Origin: Vitrella brassicaformis CCMP3155
Taxonomy: Eukaryota > Protista > Chromerida
Length of the DNA: 64,000 bases
Assembly (NCBI GenBank): GCA_001179505.1
Contig: CDMY01000405.1
Location: forward strand, 310,001-374,000
Direction of reading: 5' to 3'
In this document: one piece after another, positions 1-12,429 of the stretch
Position numbering within the stretch: position 1 is the stretch's first letter
Layout: every line of letters starts with the position of its first letter
Position numbers and translations under genes: made by a program
The notes under the pieces: generated by a model
What the model was told of the DNA's origin: nothing
Seen by the model: the letters and a program-made list of their open reading frames with translations, nothing else
Database searches by the model: none

Positions 1-500
1 CGCGACCCTCGCACAGAGACACGGCCTCTTGCCCTCTTCATGTAGTGACCCACAAGCAGTGCTCACATCGCTCTCTGAGAGGCTCATGCGGACGTCGCCT
101 GACCAACCAGCACAGCCACCACCTCCAACAGCACCACCACAGGCTGCAGCAGCAGAGGGGGAGGGGGATCATTCGGCGTGTCAGCCGTCTTGTGTCGCTG
201 AGTTGTTGCAGGAAAAGGTCAAGCGTCTCACACAGACGCTGAGGAAGGAGCGGGGTGCTGAGGCGGTGGAGGAGAGAGGGAGGGGGGCGGAGGTGTGTGG
301 TGAGGATGGGTTGACGGGGGGTGAGGCGCACCCGGGGCTGAGGCTGAAATGGGGCGATGCGTGATCGAGTTCTCGGTGTTCGTAGGTTGTTTGTGTGTTC
401 TGTTGCCAGAGATTGCTTTGGTCCAACATGTGAGTGACCTTTCGCGAATCTCAAAAAGGTATATTGATGGAATCGATGTGATTTATGTGTATGTCTGAAA
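1..500 (-). CDS. Possible partial multi-exon gene running off the left edge (unknown product)
   Basis: Short exon-like pieces after CAG acceptors (THKSHRFHQYTFLRFAK ending at a GT donor; RLCETLDLFLQQLSDTRRLTR). No recognisable domain; model incomplete. Confidence 0.3.
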
Positions 501-1073
501 GAGTGAGTGTACGTCTGTCTGGTGGGTGAGCAAAGGGTCCGATCCAGAGACCATGCATGGCACGACACGCAGGGAGGGGACGGACTCTACTTACTGTCTG
601 TCTGTCTGTCTGTCTGTCTGTGAGTATGTGTACGCAGCAATCCAACGCATAGCGAAAATGACTGATAGGAAGAAAGAACAAGGCAGATCGAAGGAATAGA
701 GATATATAAAGGGCGCCAGCTCGCGTGAGCTCAGCTTACATTGCCCTTGTACATACATACGTGCATATGAGTGGATGTATACGTACCGGCATGCATACGT
801 ACGCAGTCAGTTAGTTACTTATTCATGCAGGCAAACAAACAAACAAGCATACAAACAAACATACGAACAAACCACCACATAAAATAAGCAAATCTAGCTT
901 CTGAGAATGTCGTCACACCCATACCATCTGCTCACCCCACCCGTCCATCAATCACATCCAGCTGCATCCATGCAGCCACACCCACACCCACTAGCACGCG
1001 CGCATATATGCCACGCCCACACCCATCCTCTTGAAATCACTACCGACCATTTTTCCATCCATCCATCCATCCA

Positions 1074-2398
1074 TCACACGAGTCCCCCGTTCATCAGTGT
1101 GTCCTTGTCCCCCCCCATGTGCGCGTCAGGTGCCGTCTGTCGGCCCTCACTAGCCGTCGGCGTCTTCTTGCCGATCACCTGCCACTCACTACCCTCGCTC
1201 ACTGTGGCTGGCAGACCACCGCCACTACCGACACCACTGGCACCAACACCAACACCGGTAGACGGCGCGGCCATGTCGGCGCCGGCCGGCGGCATGGGAG
1301 AGTCCTCGTGCACCTCATACCTGAGACAGACAACACACACCACACCATCCACACCACACCATCCACACAACCGTATGTGTAGACGCATAGCTGGGGCTTC
1401 GGTAAGGTAAGCTGACTGACCCTCTGGCAACGCCGTTGTTGGAATGGTTGTGTAGGTGGTTGTTGAGCTGAGCCTGGGGGTAGTCGATGGGGTGCACCAC
1501 CGCAGGCAGTCCTAGGTACCCACTACCACTACCAGCACCGGTCCCATATTCCTCACCGCCACCGCCACTGGCACCGACGGAAGTGTGTGCGGCCATGGGC
1601 ATAGAGGAAGGCGGGAAGAGGAGGTCGCTGCCGTTGCCGTCCGCCTCCATCCCCACCTCATCCTCACGCATCATCAGCTGTGAGGACGGCCCACCCACAC
1701 CCACACCTTCGCCTACACCTAAACCCACACCCACACCCACGCCGTCCTCGGCCTCGCCCATCGCGCCCATCGCCCCTGCTGATGCTGCAGCAGCTGCCGA
1801 TGAGCCGTGATGATGCCGCTGCTGCTGGTGGTGATGTCTCATGAATGACCGGCCATTGATATGGTCGCTGTCCATCGAGGATGAGCTCCCACTGCTGCTA
1901 TCCCAGTCGATGGCTGCGTCGCGGTGGTGGTGGTCATGGTGATGGTCGTGATGGCGGTGCTGGTGCTGGTGCGGCAGCCCTCCACCAGGCAGGTTGGTGA
2001 GCCCCCCCATGGGCGGCATGGGACGGCTCTTGGCTGCGGCGGGGAGCTTGGTCTTGGCCGACTTGGGTTTCTTGCGGTCAGGCTTCTTGGACGACGTGGC
2101 GGGGCTGAGCAGCGGCACACGGACGCCCCCCACCATCTTGCTAATCCCGTCGGGACAAATGCCATCCTGCCGCCATACACACATACAGCCAGTTTATGCA
2201 GCACATCCCTCCTCCCCCTCCTTCTCGTATGTGCGTCGGTCGCTCACGGCATTGTCGAAGGGTTCGGGGTTGTCCAGTGGCACCATGTAGTCGATCTGGT
2301 TGGTGGGGTCGGCGATGGCCGCATGCATCAGCCGCAACTTGGAGGGGTCTGGAGGGAGCGAACCGGGCTCCAGTGGGGCCAGCTGATTCACGCAAACA

Positions 2399-2430
<32 letters not shown>

Positions 2431-5400
2431 ACACAGAGGGAGAGATACACAGACAGACAGACAGGCAGACAGGCAGTGGCTGTGTGTGGGAATGGCGCAT
2501 GCGTGTGTGAAGGGGGAAGAGTGTGTGAGCCGGTCCGGACGGGCGTACCTCCCATTTGTTGCCGAGGGAGATGTTGTAGGGCAGCTTGTAGCGAACCACC
2601 TGACCGAGAAGAACAGAAGCGTAGCGAAGCGTGTGTCGACAGACAGACAGACAGCCCGAAGGAGGGAGGCAGGGCAGATGTGTGCTGCTGCTGCTAGGCT
2701 TATGTTGTGTTCTGTGTGTGGGTGCGGTTTGTACCCTGGGTGTGATCCGCTCATCGATTGTCTTGTCCATAAAGTAGAAGATCTTCAACTCCTTCTGCAC
2801 ACACACACCAACCAACCGACCAACCAAGGCAACAAATGAGGTCTGGTCTGTTGTGTGGCAATGCCCTTCCTCCCTCCCTCCCCGCCTCCCTGACTCCCTG
2901 ACTCACGCCTCTGGCTCGTCTGGGCATCCACACAGCCCTGATGACGGCATCGTACAGCTCACACGGGTTCGTCTCAGTCCGGCAGCACACCACCGAACCT
3001 TTACACACACAGGCAGAGTGGTCCGTCCCGCCCGTGTGTTTCTTTCTCAGTGTGTGTGTTTGGCGGGGTGGACCTACCAACGAAGAAATCTGTGTTCATG
3101 TCGACTTCTCTGGGGCGCAGACGGAACGCACCCTCCTCCGGAGACCGCACGGGCACTGATAGATAGATGGATGGGAATCGAACCGCACACACATATGCGA
3201 TGCGATGCGATGCGATGCGAAGGCACTCCACTCCCCATCTGTGTGTTTGGGGTGGGGTGGGGGGTCGGTGGGTGGCGAGGTGAGGTACGTACCTCCGTGT
3301 CTGCAGAATTTGGAGGTGTTGACCCATATCTCGTGGGCCGTGTCGTGACGGCTTGTCTGGAAACGAACCTGGACATACATGCCACCACACCACACCATGC
3401 ACCCACAGTGGACAGACACATGAGTGACCAACCGTTGTGTAGGTTAGGGGGGCGGTATGGTGATGGTGTGTGTGAGGTGTGGTGTGGTGTGGTGTGGTGT
3501 GTGGCTTTGGACCTACCTTGGCCGCTCTATCCTGCACATTGATGATGGACCCATTCCACCAGGCGCAGCCAGCCGCACCCCACGCAGTACGCCTACACAC
3601 ACAGCACAACACAACACAACACACCTACACATTATGTATGTGTGCATGCCCCTCTCTGTGTGTGCGCGTGTGTTGTGTTGTGTGCTGAGTGAGAACTGAC
3701 CATGCCACCTGCACCTGGTCCCCCTTACGCAGCCCCAGCTCCTCACACGCAGGCGACTCATCTACCACGCCAAGCTTGTCCACACACATGCCGCCGTTCA
3801 CCCCAGCACCACCACCAGCACCACCACCAGCACCACCACCAGCACCACCACCAGCACCACCACCAGCAGAACCAGTGGGCGTGTCAGTGATTGCCACTGG
3901 CGGCTGGGGCGGCGCCTTGGGCCGCTTGGCCTTGCCCTTGCCCTCCCCGTTGGCCTGTGCGGGGGTGCGCTTGGCTTGGCTGGCCTTACGGGACGACGCC
4001 GGCGGATGCTGAGACGAGGCACGCCTGACGCGACACACACCACACAGAGGGAGGGAGAGAGGTCAGCCAGCTGGTACGGTAGGTACATGTGTGTGTTGGG
4101 GTGGTGTGGATAGGTGGTGACTGACTTTGGTTGGGCCTTTGGCTGCGGGTTGTTGGCTGCCGATGGAGTCCGCGCACTGCACCCGCAACGTGACGAGGGC
4201 AGCGGAGGGGGCAGCGACACATTCACTGGTGGGTGGGACACAGACAGCCACACAGACACACAGAGAGGGAGATGGTGCAGAACAAACACTGCTGCATCTG
4301 TCTATCTGTCTGTCTGTCTGTTTGGCGCTCACGTGAAGGGTCCCGTGAGGGCGGGACGTCGTCAAGGCACTCTATGGCGTTCCGCGTCGAGTCGCCCTTG
4401 CCACGTCTGACAACAAAACCACACACACACATTTACACCGGTTCGCATGCCTCGCCCACCTCTCCCTCCCTCCCTCCCCCCCTCCCGCCTCACATACATT
4501 TTGTCTGCTGTCGACTTCATGACCTGGCAGGCCCGGCCCTCGCCCGTCTTGCCCTTGGCCGCCGCCCCCTTCTGCACCTGGACCGGCCCCTCGCCACCCC
4601 CACCACCGTCCAGCCACAGGAAACAACACTCAACTGGGCCCGGCGCAGCGAACAGACCTACACCTACACCCGGCCCCCCTCCCACTGCCGGAGAGCCGCC
4701 CAGCCCCCCATTCACTCTGCTTCCGCTCCTTTCTGCGCCGCTCCTCGTTCTGAATGCGTAGCCGCTGGTGTCCCGGGGGGTGTCGGGATGGTGATACGCA
4801 GCCTCATTCAGATTTTTGAGGTTCTCACGCACCAGACGGCTGTTGCGGCTGCCCGCACGGCTGGGCGGCCGGTGGAGGTCCTCCGCTACCCTTTCGCCCC
4901 CACACCCTCCACAGCCTCCTCCACAGCCTCCCGCTGTGCCCTGTCTGTCGAGGCTGTCCATGTCCGTGTGGCCGTCGCAGGCCATCTCGTCGTGCTTTCG
5001 CCGCTTGGACGAGGGCGCTGGTGCCGGGGAGGGATTGGGGTTGGGATTGGGGTGCGGGGTGCTGGGCGGCGGGCGGGGGCAGCCGGCGGGCGAACGAATG
5101 ACAAATGAATGCGTGCCACCGGCTGCAATGCAAGGGTAGGGTGAGTGAGGTGACCCAGCCACAGACAGACAGACAGATGTGGTGTGTTGGCTATATGTGT
5201 GTGGGTCTGGTCTGGTCTGTGCTGTGCTGTGTCTGTGTGGGTGACCTCCGCAAGTTCGTTTCTTGACTCCGTAGACGGGATGGGCCACCACTCCGCAACG
5301 CGAACACAAAATGGTCATGTACATCCGATTCACTGACACACACACCAGATAGATAGAACACACAACACAGACAGGGACCCAGGATCAATCAATAGACACG

Positions 5401-5765
5401 ATCGTCAGGTGATGTGATGTGTGCGCGTCCATTCCATGCATACATACCGCTGAATAGAGTGTGTATGAAGGCGCCTTTGTCCTGGCATGCATTGAAGCCG
5501 ACGAACGACCCGTCCTTCTCCTTGTTGATCAGCGGCACAGCCCAGTCCATCCCGCTCTCAACGGCATACTCTCGAGCTGAAGGGAAGAAAAACACACAGC
5601 CCGCACCGCACAGGCAGCAAACACACAGCACAGGTAGGTGCACAGGCACGTGATCTGACCCTTGCACATCCTATCCCATGCATCGCTATGGGTGCTCAGC
5701 TCACCGAGTTTCTTATTTGCGGCCGGCGAGTGCTCGCCCGCAGCCCCGCCTCTGTTGTGACTCAT
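1074..5765 (-). CDS. Multi-exon low-complexity protein with tandem Tudor/Agenet-like domains
   Basis: About 14 GT-AG exons spliced in frame from ATG 5765. Contains LGLRKGDQVQVAW-RTAWGAAGCAWWNGSIINV-VRFQTSRHDTAHEIWV and a second unit FFVGSVVCCR..LYDAVIRAVW..LKIFYFMDKTIDE. Also CSRCG..TCG..GGTH and His/Gly/Ser-rich tracts. Domain call is by motif resemblance only. Confidence 0.6.
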
Positions 5766-5980
5766 CAAGGCAGCTCCGGAGGGCCTCGCTATCTATGCAG
5801 TGAGCTGATCTTCCTCCAGGTGCGGTGCACCCCTCCCCTGGAGATGAGATCGGCCGTCGCTGCGAGATGACTCGACGTCAGTGGTCGAGAGCCGGCTTGC
5901 CTAAAGGAGGTGGGGATCACTTCACTCACGAGAGCAGCGCTACACGAGGCGTTTGGTTTTTCTCCGTTTTGTCGTTTTGG

Positions 5981-6044
5981 AACCCTAAAGGGTTGGGCTC
6001 AGGGTTATAGGGTTAACGGGTTCCTGAGTATAGGGCTTAGGGTT
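5981..6044. promoter_or_regulatory. Cluster of telomere-like (telo-box-like) AGGGTT/AACCCT motifs in a divergent promoter
   Basis: AACCCT-AA-AGGGTT inverted pair at 5981-5994, further AGGGTT at 6001, 6009 and 6039, plus degenerate CGGGTT/TAGGGC. Lies between ATG 5765 (-) and ATG 6209 (+). Confidence 0.45.
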
Positions 6045-6208
6045 CCACCAGCGAAGGTCAGCGAAGATCCGTTCTGACCCGCCTCGTATCTCGTCACCAC
6101 CTGCTTTCAGAGCTTGTGGTTGCATTTCGCTTTCTGCTACCCTCTTTGCGTCCTCTTCACGTCCGCTTCGCGTCCTTCGTATAGCACTCCCTCTGTTTGT
6201 TTGACGAG

Positions 6209-6682
6209 ATGGCCTTCGTCGCTCCGATGCTCCTGTGGACGACCCACAACGTCGGCAACTTCATTCAGAACGTCCGCGGCGAGAAGACGACGGACAAGCA
6301 GAAGAAGGTGCACGAGAAGCTCGAGAAGGAGGCGTCGGGCCTGTCGGGCAAGCTGGACGGTCACACCAAACGCGCCTACTCGGTCGCTGCGCGACTGATG
6401 ACAGGGGACGGGCACCTGGAGAGGTGAGCTGGGCCATACACACATGGGATGGGACGCACTGGGTGGGAGAGGGGAGGGGCGTATTCATGTGCAATCCCGT
6501 GTCTCTGTCTGGTTTGTGACTGCAGGATGTCTGAGGCCCGGCTGCAGCGTGCGTTGAAGTACAACAGCATCTACCACTCGATGGGCCACGCCGTGGTGGC
6601 GAAGCGCGAGAAGAAGCTCAAGGACCCCAACTTCAAACCCGCCACCGGCGGCCTCTTCGGCGAGGTCCAGCGGGGCGCATAG
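6209..6682 (+). CDS. Small basic hypothetical protein (about 123 aa), 2 exons
   Basis: Exon 6209-6423, GTGAGC..TGCAG intron 6424-6525, exon 6526-6682. Phase-2 junction AG|G restores the frame (..GHLER-MSEARLQRALKYNS..). High GC3 codon use. Confidence 0.8.
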
Positions 6683-8516
6683 ACCCACGGCCTCACACCA
6701 GCGCCACCACACGCCGGTGAGACAGACCACACCACACGCACAGACAGAGGCCTGGCTGGGGGACGCAATGCACTTCACTGCTCACCTGTTATGTGTTTGG
6801 TGCGTTGTGGTGGTGTGTGGCAGGTGGTGCGGTTTTCGTTTCGTTGTGCCGATCTTTTTTCATTTTCGACCGACCAGACCAACGGGTCTTGTGCAGCTGA
6901 CTGACTGACTCGTGGGTGTGTGGCTGTCTGTGTTGATAACGACGGACGGGCGTCAATTTTGGGGACCGACCAGCTGGCAGACAGCGGCGTTTTGCCGACC
7001 AGCTCAACATACACACCATGTGGCCCTTCATGGCATGTGTGTGGGTGGTGCTGTGCACGCCCACCCACACAGGCAGTGTGCTGCACGATGCCCGTGTTTG
7101 AGAAGGTGTGTATGTGTGTCGGGGAGGGGAGGGGAGAGCAGTGGATGTGTGGTGTGAAGGTGAGGGGACGTGGTCTGGGTGCCGCGGGCGGTGGGGCTGC
7201 AAAACAGACGTTTGGACAGCCAGCGGCCTGGGTGCGCTCTTGTGACACGCCCCGGGGATCGTACAAGGACTCGGACAGACAGAAGGGAAGGGCTCGATAG
7301 AAATGTGTGAAGAGTGTGTTCACTACCCTTGAAGTGCGTCCCTCTATAGTCGGCTGTCTGACTGACTTGTCTGACTGACTTGTCTGAATGTCTGTATCTC
7401 ATGAACCACGCTTTAATGCTCATGGTGTGAACGTCTGCCTGTCTGCCTGCCTGCCTGCCTGCCTGCCTGAGGGTCTGTGGACGAGTGGGTCTGCCACGCG
7501 CCCCACGCCTTCCTACCTACTGGAACCTGCAGACACCTTTCTGATGCGTGTGTGCTGTGAGGGAGTGCAGTGCGTGTGTACGTTGACGAGCGTGAGCTCG
7601 CTGGCAGCTGCTGCTTTCATGTGTTAATATCACGGATGCGTTGGCCTTGACATGAATGTACGTTGTTTAATTCGCTCCTTGATGGAACAGCGTCACTCTC
7701 CACCCCCAACACAGATATTGTCTGAACACACGCGAAACCTGTGGCCACTGGTTCCTCCGTCGACCTACCCACACACTGTGACATAACCCGCGATACGTCT
7801 CGCAGAACTCATCTGGGTTCCGTTACAACCTGTGGGTGGATGAATGGTCAGATTAAGGCGGCACAGCTCGTTACTCAACCGATGAGACAGACGCGAACAC
7901 CCAACGACAGCGACACGTGACTCCTCGACACACGCCTGACACCTGTGAACCCCGTCTCACTGTCTGTCTGTCTGTTGGTTGGATCATGCAGTCGCAGTAG
8001 CACGCACAACTTGCCTTTGTTCGCTTCTGATGCGCTATTTCCCTTCCTCCCACCTTGGAACAAAGTCCGGGACAGAGGGATGTGAATTGAATTGTGTCAT
8101 GAACCAACGAGGGAACGGTGGTCTCATCCAATGCATTGCTGTGCCAGTCCCTTACATCAGCCTCATTCATCGCAGCGGCCATGTCTGTCACCATGTTCAA
8201 CAGCGACAAACATAACCACCACGCACCGCAAGGTAGAAGTAGAGGAGCGCCACATGACTCAGCCAGCATGACACACACACACACACACACACACAATAGT
8301 CAGGAGAAATTCACGCAGGAAGCAGCGCCCAAGCCGTCTGTCGTCGCAGCGGTTCCCCACATCTAAGCCACATCTCACAACCATCCTCTGTGGTGGATGG
8401 CGAAGAGGTCGCCCAGCTGCGGCGAAGCAGTGCAACGACCAAACGGCATACTACGCAGCATAACACAACACTCGCACAGCCTGGACCAGGCCACCTCCCT
8501 CCCTCCCTCCCTCCCT

Positions 8517-9828
8517 TCAAGAGCTCGGCGATGTGCTGCCCTGTGCTGCCGCGCCGCTGCTGCCGGCTGCCCCGCCCGTCATGGCCGCATAGTAGGCCGA
8601 CATGTCGCCGTACGCCGCCGCCATGGCGGGCATGCCGTAGGGGAACATGAAAGGCATCATGCCCGGCATCATGCCCGGCATCATCATCGACGACATCATC
8701 TCCGCCGTCGGCCACTGGGACGCACTCTCTGACGCCACGGGGGCTGCACACAGCCAGACAAACAGACAGGGAAGGAGAGCTCGGTGTGTGTCCATCCTGT
8801 GGATCGCGCGTGTGTGTGTTGGCTCACCCTCTGTTTTCGTTGCTGCCGGTGGTTTAGCACCGCCAGCAGCAGGAGAAGTAGGAGGAGCAGTAGCAGCCGC
8901 AGCTTGTGTCGGTTCCTTCTTGTCCTCTGTCTTGACCTTGGCTTCCTCAGAGACCACCTGAGGCTCCTCTTTCTTGACAGCCTCTTCCTTCGGCGCCGCT
9001 ACCGCCGCCACTGGCGCAGCAGCAGGAGCTGTATCCACCTTTTCCCCATCGATGTCCATCGCCTCGTCATCCTTCTCTCCCTTGACCGCCGCTGCCCCCA
9101 CGCCGTTCTCGGTGTGGTGCTGTTGTTGCTGCCCCTGTGTCAGCGCCTGGACCATGGCCTCAATCATCCCCGCCGCACTCTCCACCGCATCCATGGCCTC
9201 ACCCTGCACCAACACGAAAGGCGCCTCGCCGTCGCCCGGCTCGCCTGTGCGGGAGAAGCCCCTGCCGCCCACAGTGATCCTGGTGCTGGTGCGGCTCTGC
9301 AGCTCCTGGTGCATGATGCCGCGGGGGCCGGCGAGGGTAGCGACGGCCGTGTTGGTGTGTGGCGGGTTGGGGAGGGGGATCTTGCGCTGCTTCCTGGGGG
9401 GCTTGTAGTGCGGCGGGGGGGTGGTGGAGGGGTCGCGGCGGTACTGGTCCTCGAGCAGGTACTGCCGCTCCGCCAACATAGCCTGCCGAGCACGGTTCTG
9501 ACGGCTGTTGATGTGGTTGCCCTGAGACAACAAGGAACACGAGGGCATACAGAACGGCGTCCAGTGTGAACCCTGATCTGTGTGTGCAGTGAGTGCAGCG
9601 CACCTCAGCGTCATAGACGGGTTCTGGCGATGGCGGCCTGGGTATGTCTGGATCAGGCATCTCGATTTCGCCGTCCTTGAGCTTCCTCTCGAGGTCATCG
9701 AGGCGCTGCTGCTTGAGGAAGGCCTCGATATCGCCTGCACCCATGTCTGCTGGCAGGGTGGTGACGGGGAGAGGCGTCCACTGCCTGATGGGCAGTCCCC
9801 ATCGCGTCGACGGAGCGCCGAAGTACAT
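8517..9828 (-). CDS. Splicing factor 1 / branchpoint-binding-protein-like (helix-hairpin + KH)
   Basis: Exons 9828-9604, 9521-8828, 8743-8517. RLDDLERKL..RPPSPEPVYDAEGNHINSRQNRARQAMLAER..PPPHYKPP..RKIPLP..GPRG..RITVGGRG matches the SF1/BBP SPSP-helix-hairpin and KH (GxxG) region. Confidence 0.85.
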
Positions 9829-10166
9829 CTCGCGCCGCCTTCAGGCAAGGGTGCGTTGCGACTGCAGAAGATGTCAATTGATGTCCTCCACTCTGGCCAG
9901 CGCCCCAGATCAGCGTTCAAAACCCATTGGAGAAGGGCGCCGATCGTCTGCGAGCTCAGCCGTGACATCGGAGCGCGTAGCACGTGACGTGGCGGCGCGG
10001 CCAAGCTGTCCTGTAGCAAAAAGCGGCAGATCCGTCACTTTTCAGCGATTTTCAGGCTGGTTTTCGTTGACTGAGTTGGATGATCTGGTGCCTATTCTTT
10101 CCTGCCGGAAGCCGGAAGGTGTGTGCGTATTTCTTCACCTGCTGGCTCGTCAACCGCAGCCTCGAC

Positions 10167-11605
10167 ATGATCGTCACTGTCCTCTACTGCGTCGGCTTTG
10201 CCATCATTTGCGATGCCGTCAACCGCTACTGCAAGAGACGACTCGAGGAGAAGGAGTGGACCTTCACACAAAGTAAGTCAGCCACATGTGGCAGCCAGCC
10301 GAACACGCAGGCAGAATCCTCATGTGTGAGCGCTACACCACACTGCGGGGTGGGTGTGGTGTTTGAGTCAGGTGACTTTCGCGACGGCAGGGAGGCAGGA
10401 ACGAGGCAGGGCGGCAGGCGTGTGGCCATCGTGACGGGCGCCAATAGCGGCATCGGTCTGGCCCTGGTAGAGCAGCTGGTGGCGTGCGGCCTCCACGTCG
10501 TCCTTGCCTGCCGGAACGTGGCCAAGGCGCAGCGGGCCATTGACACCGTGGCTGAGAGGCTGGCTGGTAAGGACCATCACGGCAGCATGGAGATCCTGCA
10601 GGTGGACGTGTCGTCCCCCGCGTCCTGCCTCGCCGCTGCCGCTGAGGTGCGGAAGCGCCACCCCAAGATCGGCTTCCTCTTCTGCAATGCGGGCGTGGTG
10701 CAGTACGGCAGCCAGCGGCTCTCCCTGTTTCTCCAGCTGACCTCTCTCGACCGCATCCGGACCTTCTTCAATCTGTCACGCGTGACGCCCGAGGGCCCCT
10801 GCTTCATCGAAGAGCGGCCCGGCGTGGTGACGGCCGAGGGCTACGGGACGTCGTTCGCCACTCATGTGCTGGGCCACTATGTGCTGGTGCGGCAGCTGGA
10901 GCAGGCTCTCGAGGCTGGCAACGGGTGTTTGGTGTGGACGGGGAGCAGGGGCTCGAGCAACCAGTGGATTGTCAAGGGCGAGCACCTCAAGGACCCCATG
11001 TGTGTGACGGGCGACGAGCCCTACGGATACACCAAACACCTTCAAGTGAGATTGATGCTGACAAACAAACCAACACACGTGGACGCTTGTTGGGTGTGCC
11101 CCTTTGTGTGTTGTGTGTTGTGTGGACACAGGACACGTTGAGTGTGGCTCTCAACCGTGAGTGGTGTGCTCGTGGTCGGTGTGTGCGGAGCTACGTGGGC
11201 TGCCCCGGTGTGGTGCTGACGGAGCTGCCGCCGCCGGCCCTCCTGCTGCTCAAGCCCATCGTGTGGGCCATAGCCTTCGTGCTCCCCATGTGGCGCATCT
11301 CGCCGCAGAGGGGCGCGGCCGTCCTGCTGCACCTGGCATCCCTCAAGGGCACACCTACCCCTGCAGTGAGGCACCAGGTGCGGGAGGGCGATGGACGGCA
11401 GGCGGCCCTTGACAAGAAGTATGTCATGGAGTTCGCCGAGCGGGTGGGGGCGGCGGAGGTGGGCCAGGGCCACTGGGCGGCCACCGATGACGAGCAGCAG
11501 TGGCTGGTGGGGTACCTCGAGGAGCTGCTGAGCCAGAGGGGCAAGGGCGGCGCTGGTGCTGGTTCTGCTGCGGAGGGGGAGGAGGAGGAGTGGAAGCTCC
11601 TGTAG
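10167..11605 (+). CDS. 3-keto-steroid reductase, HSD17B7/ERG27-like short-chain dehydrogenase
   Basis: Exons 10167-10272, 10372-11045, 11132-11605 in frame. N-terminal hydrophobic anchor, TGANSGIG, CNAG, THVLGHY, WTGSR, EPYGYTK (YxxxK), DTLSVALNR, CPGVVLT, all paralleling HSD17B7 motifs. Confidence 0.8.
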
Positions 11606-12429
11606 CCTAGCTGTCCAGACGGAATGACCAAATGTAGCCTGCAGCAAGCTGATAGTGTGTGGCTGACTGACTGATGGACAGACCGAGCTCATCTCATTGA
11701 TGTGTGGCCGGCAGGCAGAGCAGGGAGGGGAATTACATACACATGACATGTGCCTGTCTGTCTGTCTGCCTGTCTGTCTGTACGACTTGTGCGTGTGATG
11801 CGAGTAGCCCTGTGGCCGAGGCGAGGCGAGGCGAGCCAGCCGTCCGTTTTTCGTTTTTTTGGTCCTCTTGATTGAAGTTGCCGATGAATGCGATGCGATG
11901 CATTGACTGACTGATATAATTCCTGGCTGATGGGGCGGAGGGGTGGTGGATGGTGGATGGACACATGCGTTTTTGTTTGACTTTATTTATTGTACTCCTC
12001 TCTCTATGCCTCTATCCATGATATCATGATGGATGCATCCATCGTATCAGTCAATCCAATCATGTGAGCTCATCCATCATCTCATCAGACACACGCCACG
12101 CCCACAATCGCCGGTAGGCCGGCCTGGCACACGCATCGCATGCCACAAGTAGATACATCGGTTTATTCACATGTGTCTGTCTGGGTATGAATACGATAGC
12201 TATCGATGCCAATGCACCAAAATGTCCGCAAAGCAATTTCTTGCAAGGCAGGCCCGGCCTTCTTTACACCAGCCATTTGTCAGGCATTCATTATGAGCAA
12301 CAGCAATTCGATCATCATTACACGCGCATCGATCGCATCACACGGGCACACAGACACACAGGCAGGCAGGCAGCCAGGGGTGGGCCACACACACACAGAC
12401 ACCCACAAGCATGGACAGGCACACACAGG

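Noticed and set aside
703-711. TATATAAAG TATA-box-like element
   Set aside because: No supported plus-strand gene downstream; a single AT-rich match is not enough.
3806-3866. Tandem 12-bp repeat (CACCACCAGCAC)n resembling an array
   Set aside because: It encodes the in-frame GGGA repeat of a minus-strand exon; there are no unique spacers, so it is not CRISPR.
6700-8400. ORFs 6775-7323, 6920-7300 and 7871-8296
   Set aside because: No homology cues, SSR-derived translations and no consistent splice model; most likely the UTRs of the flanking convergent genes.
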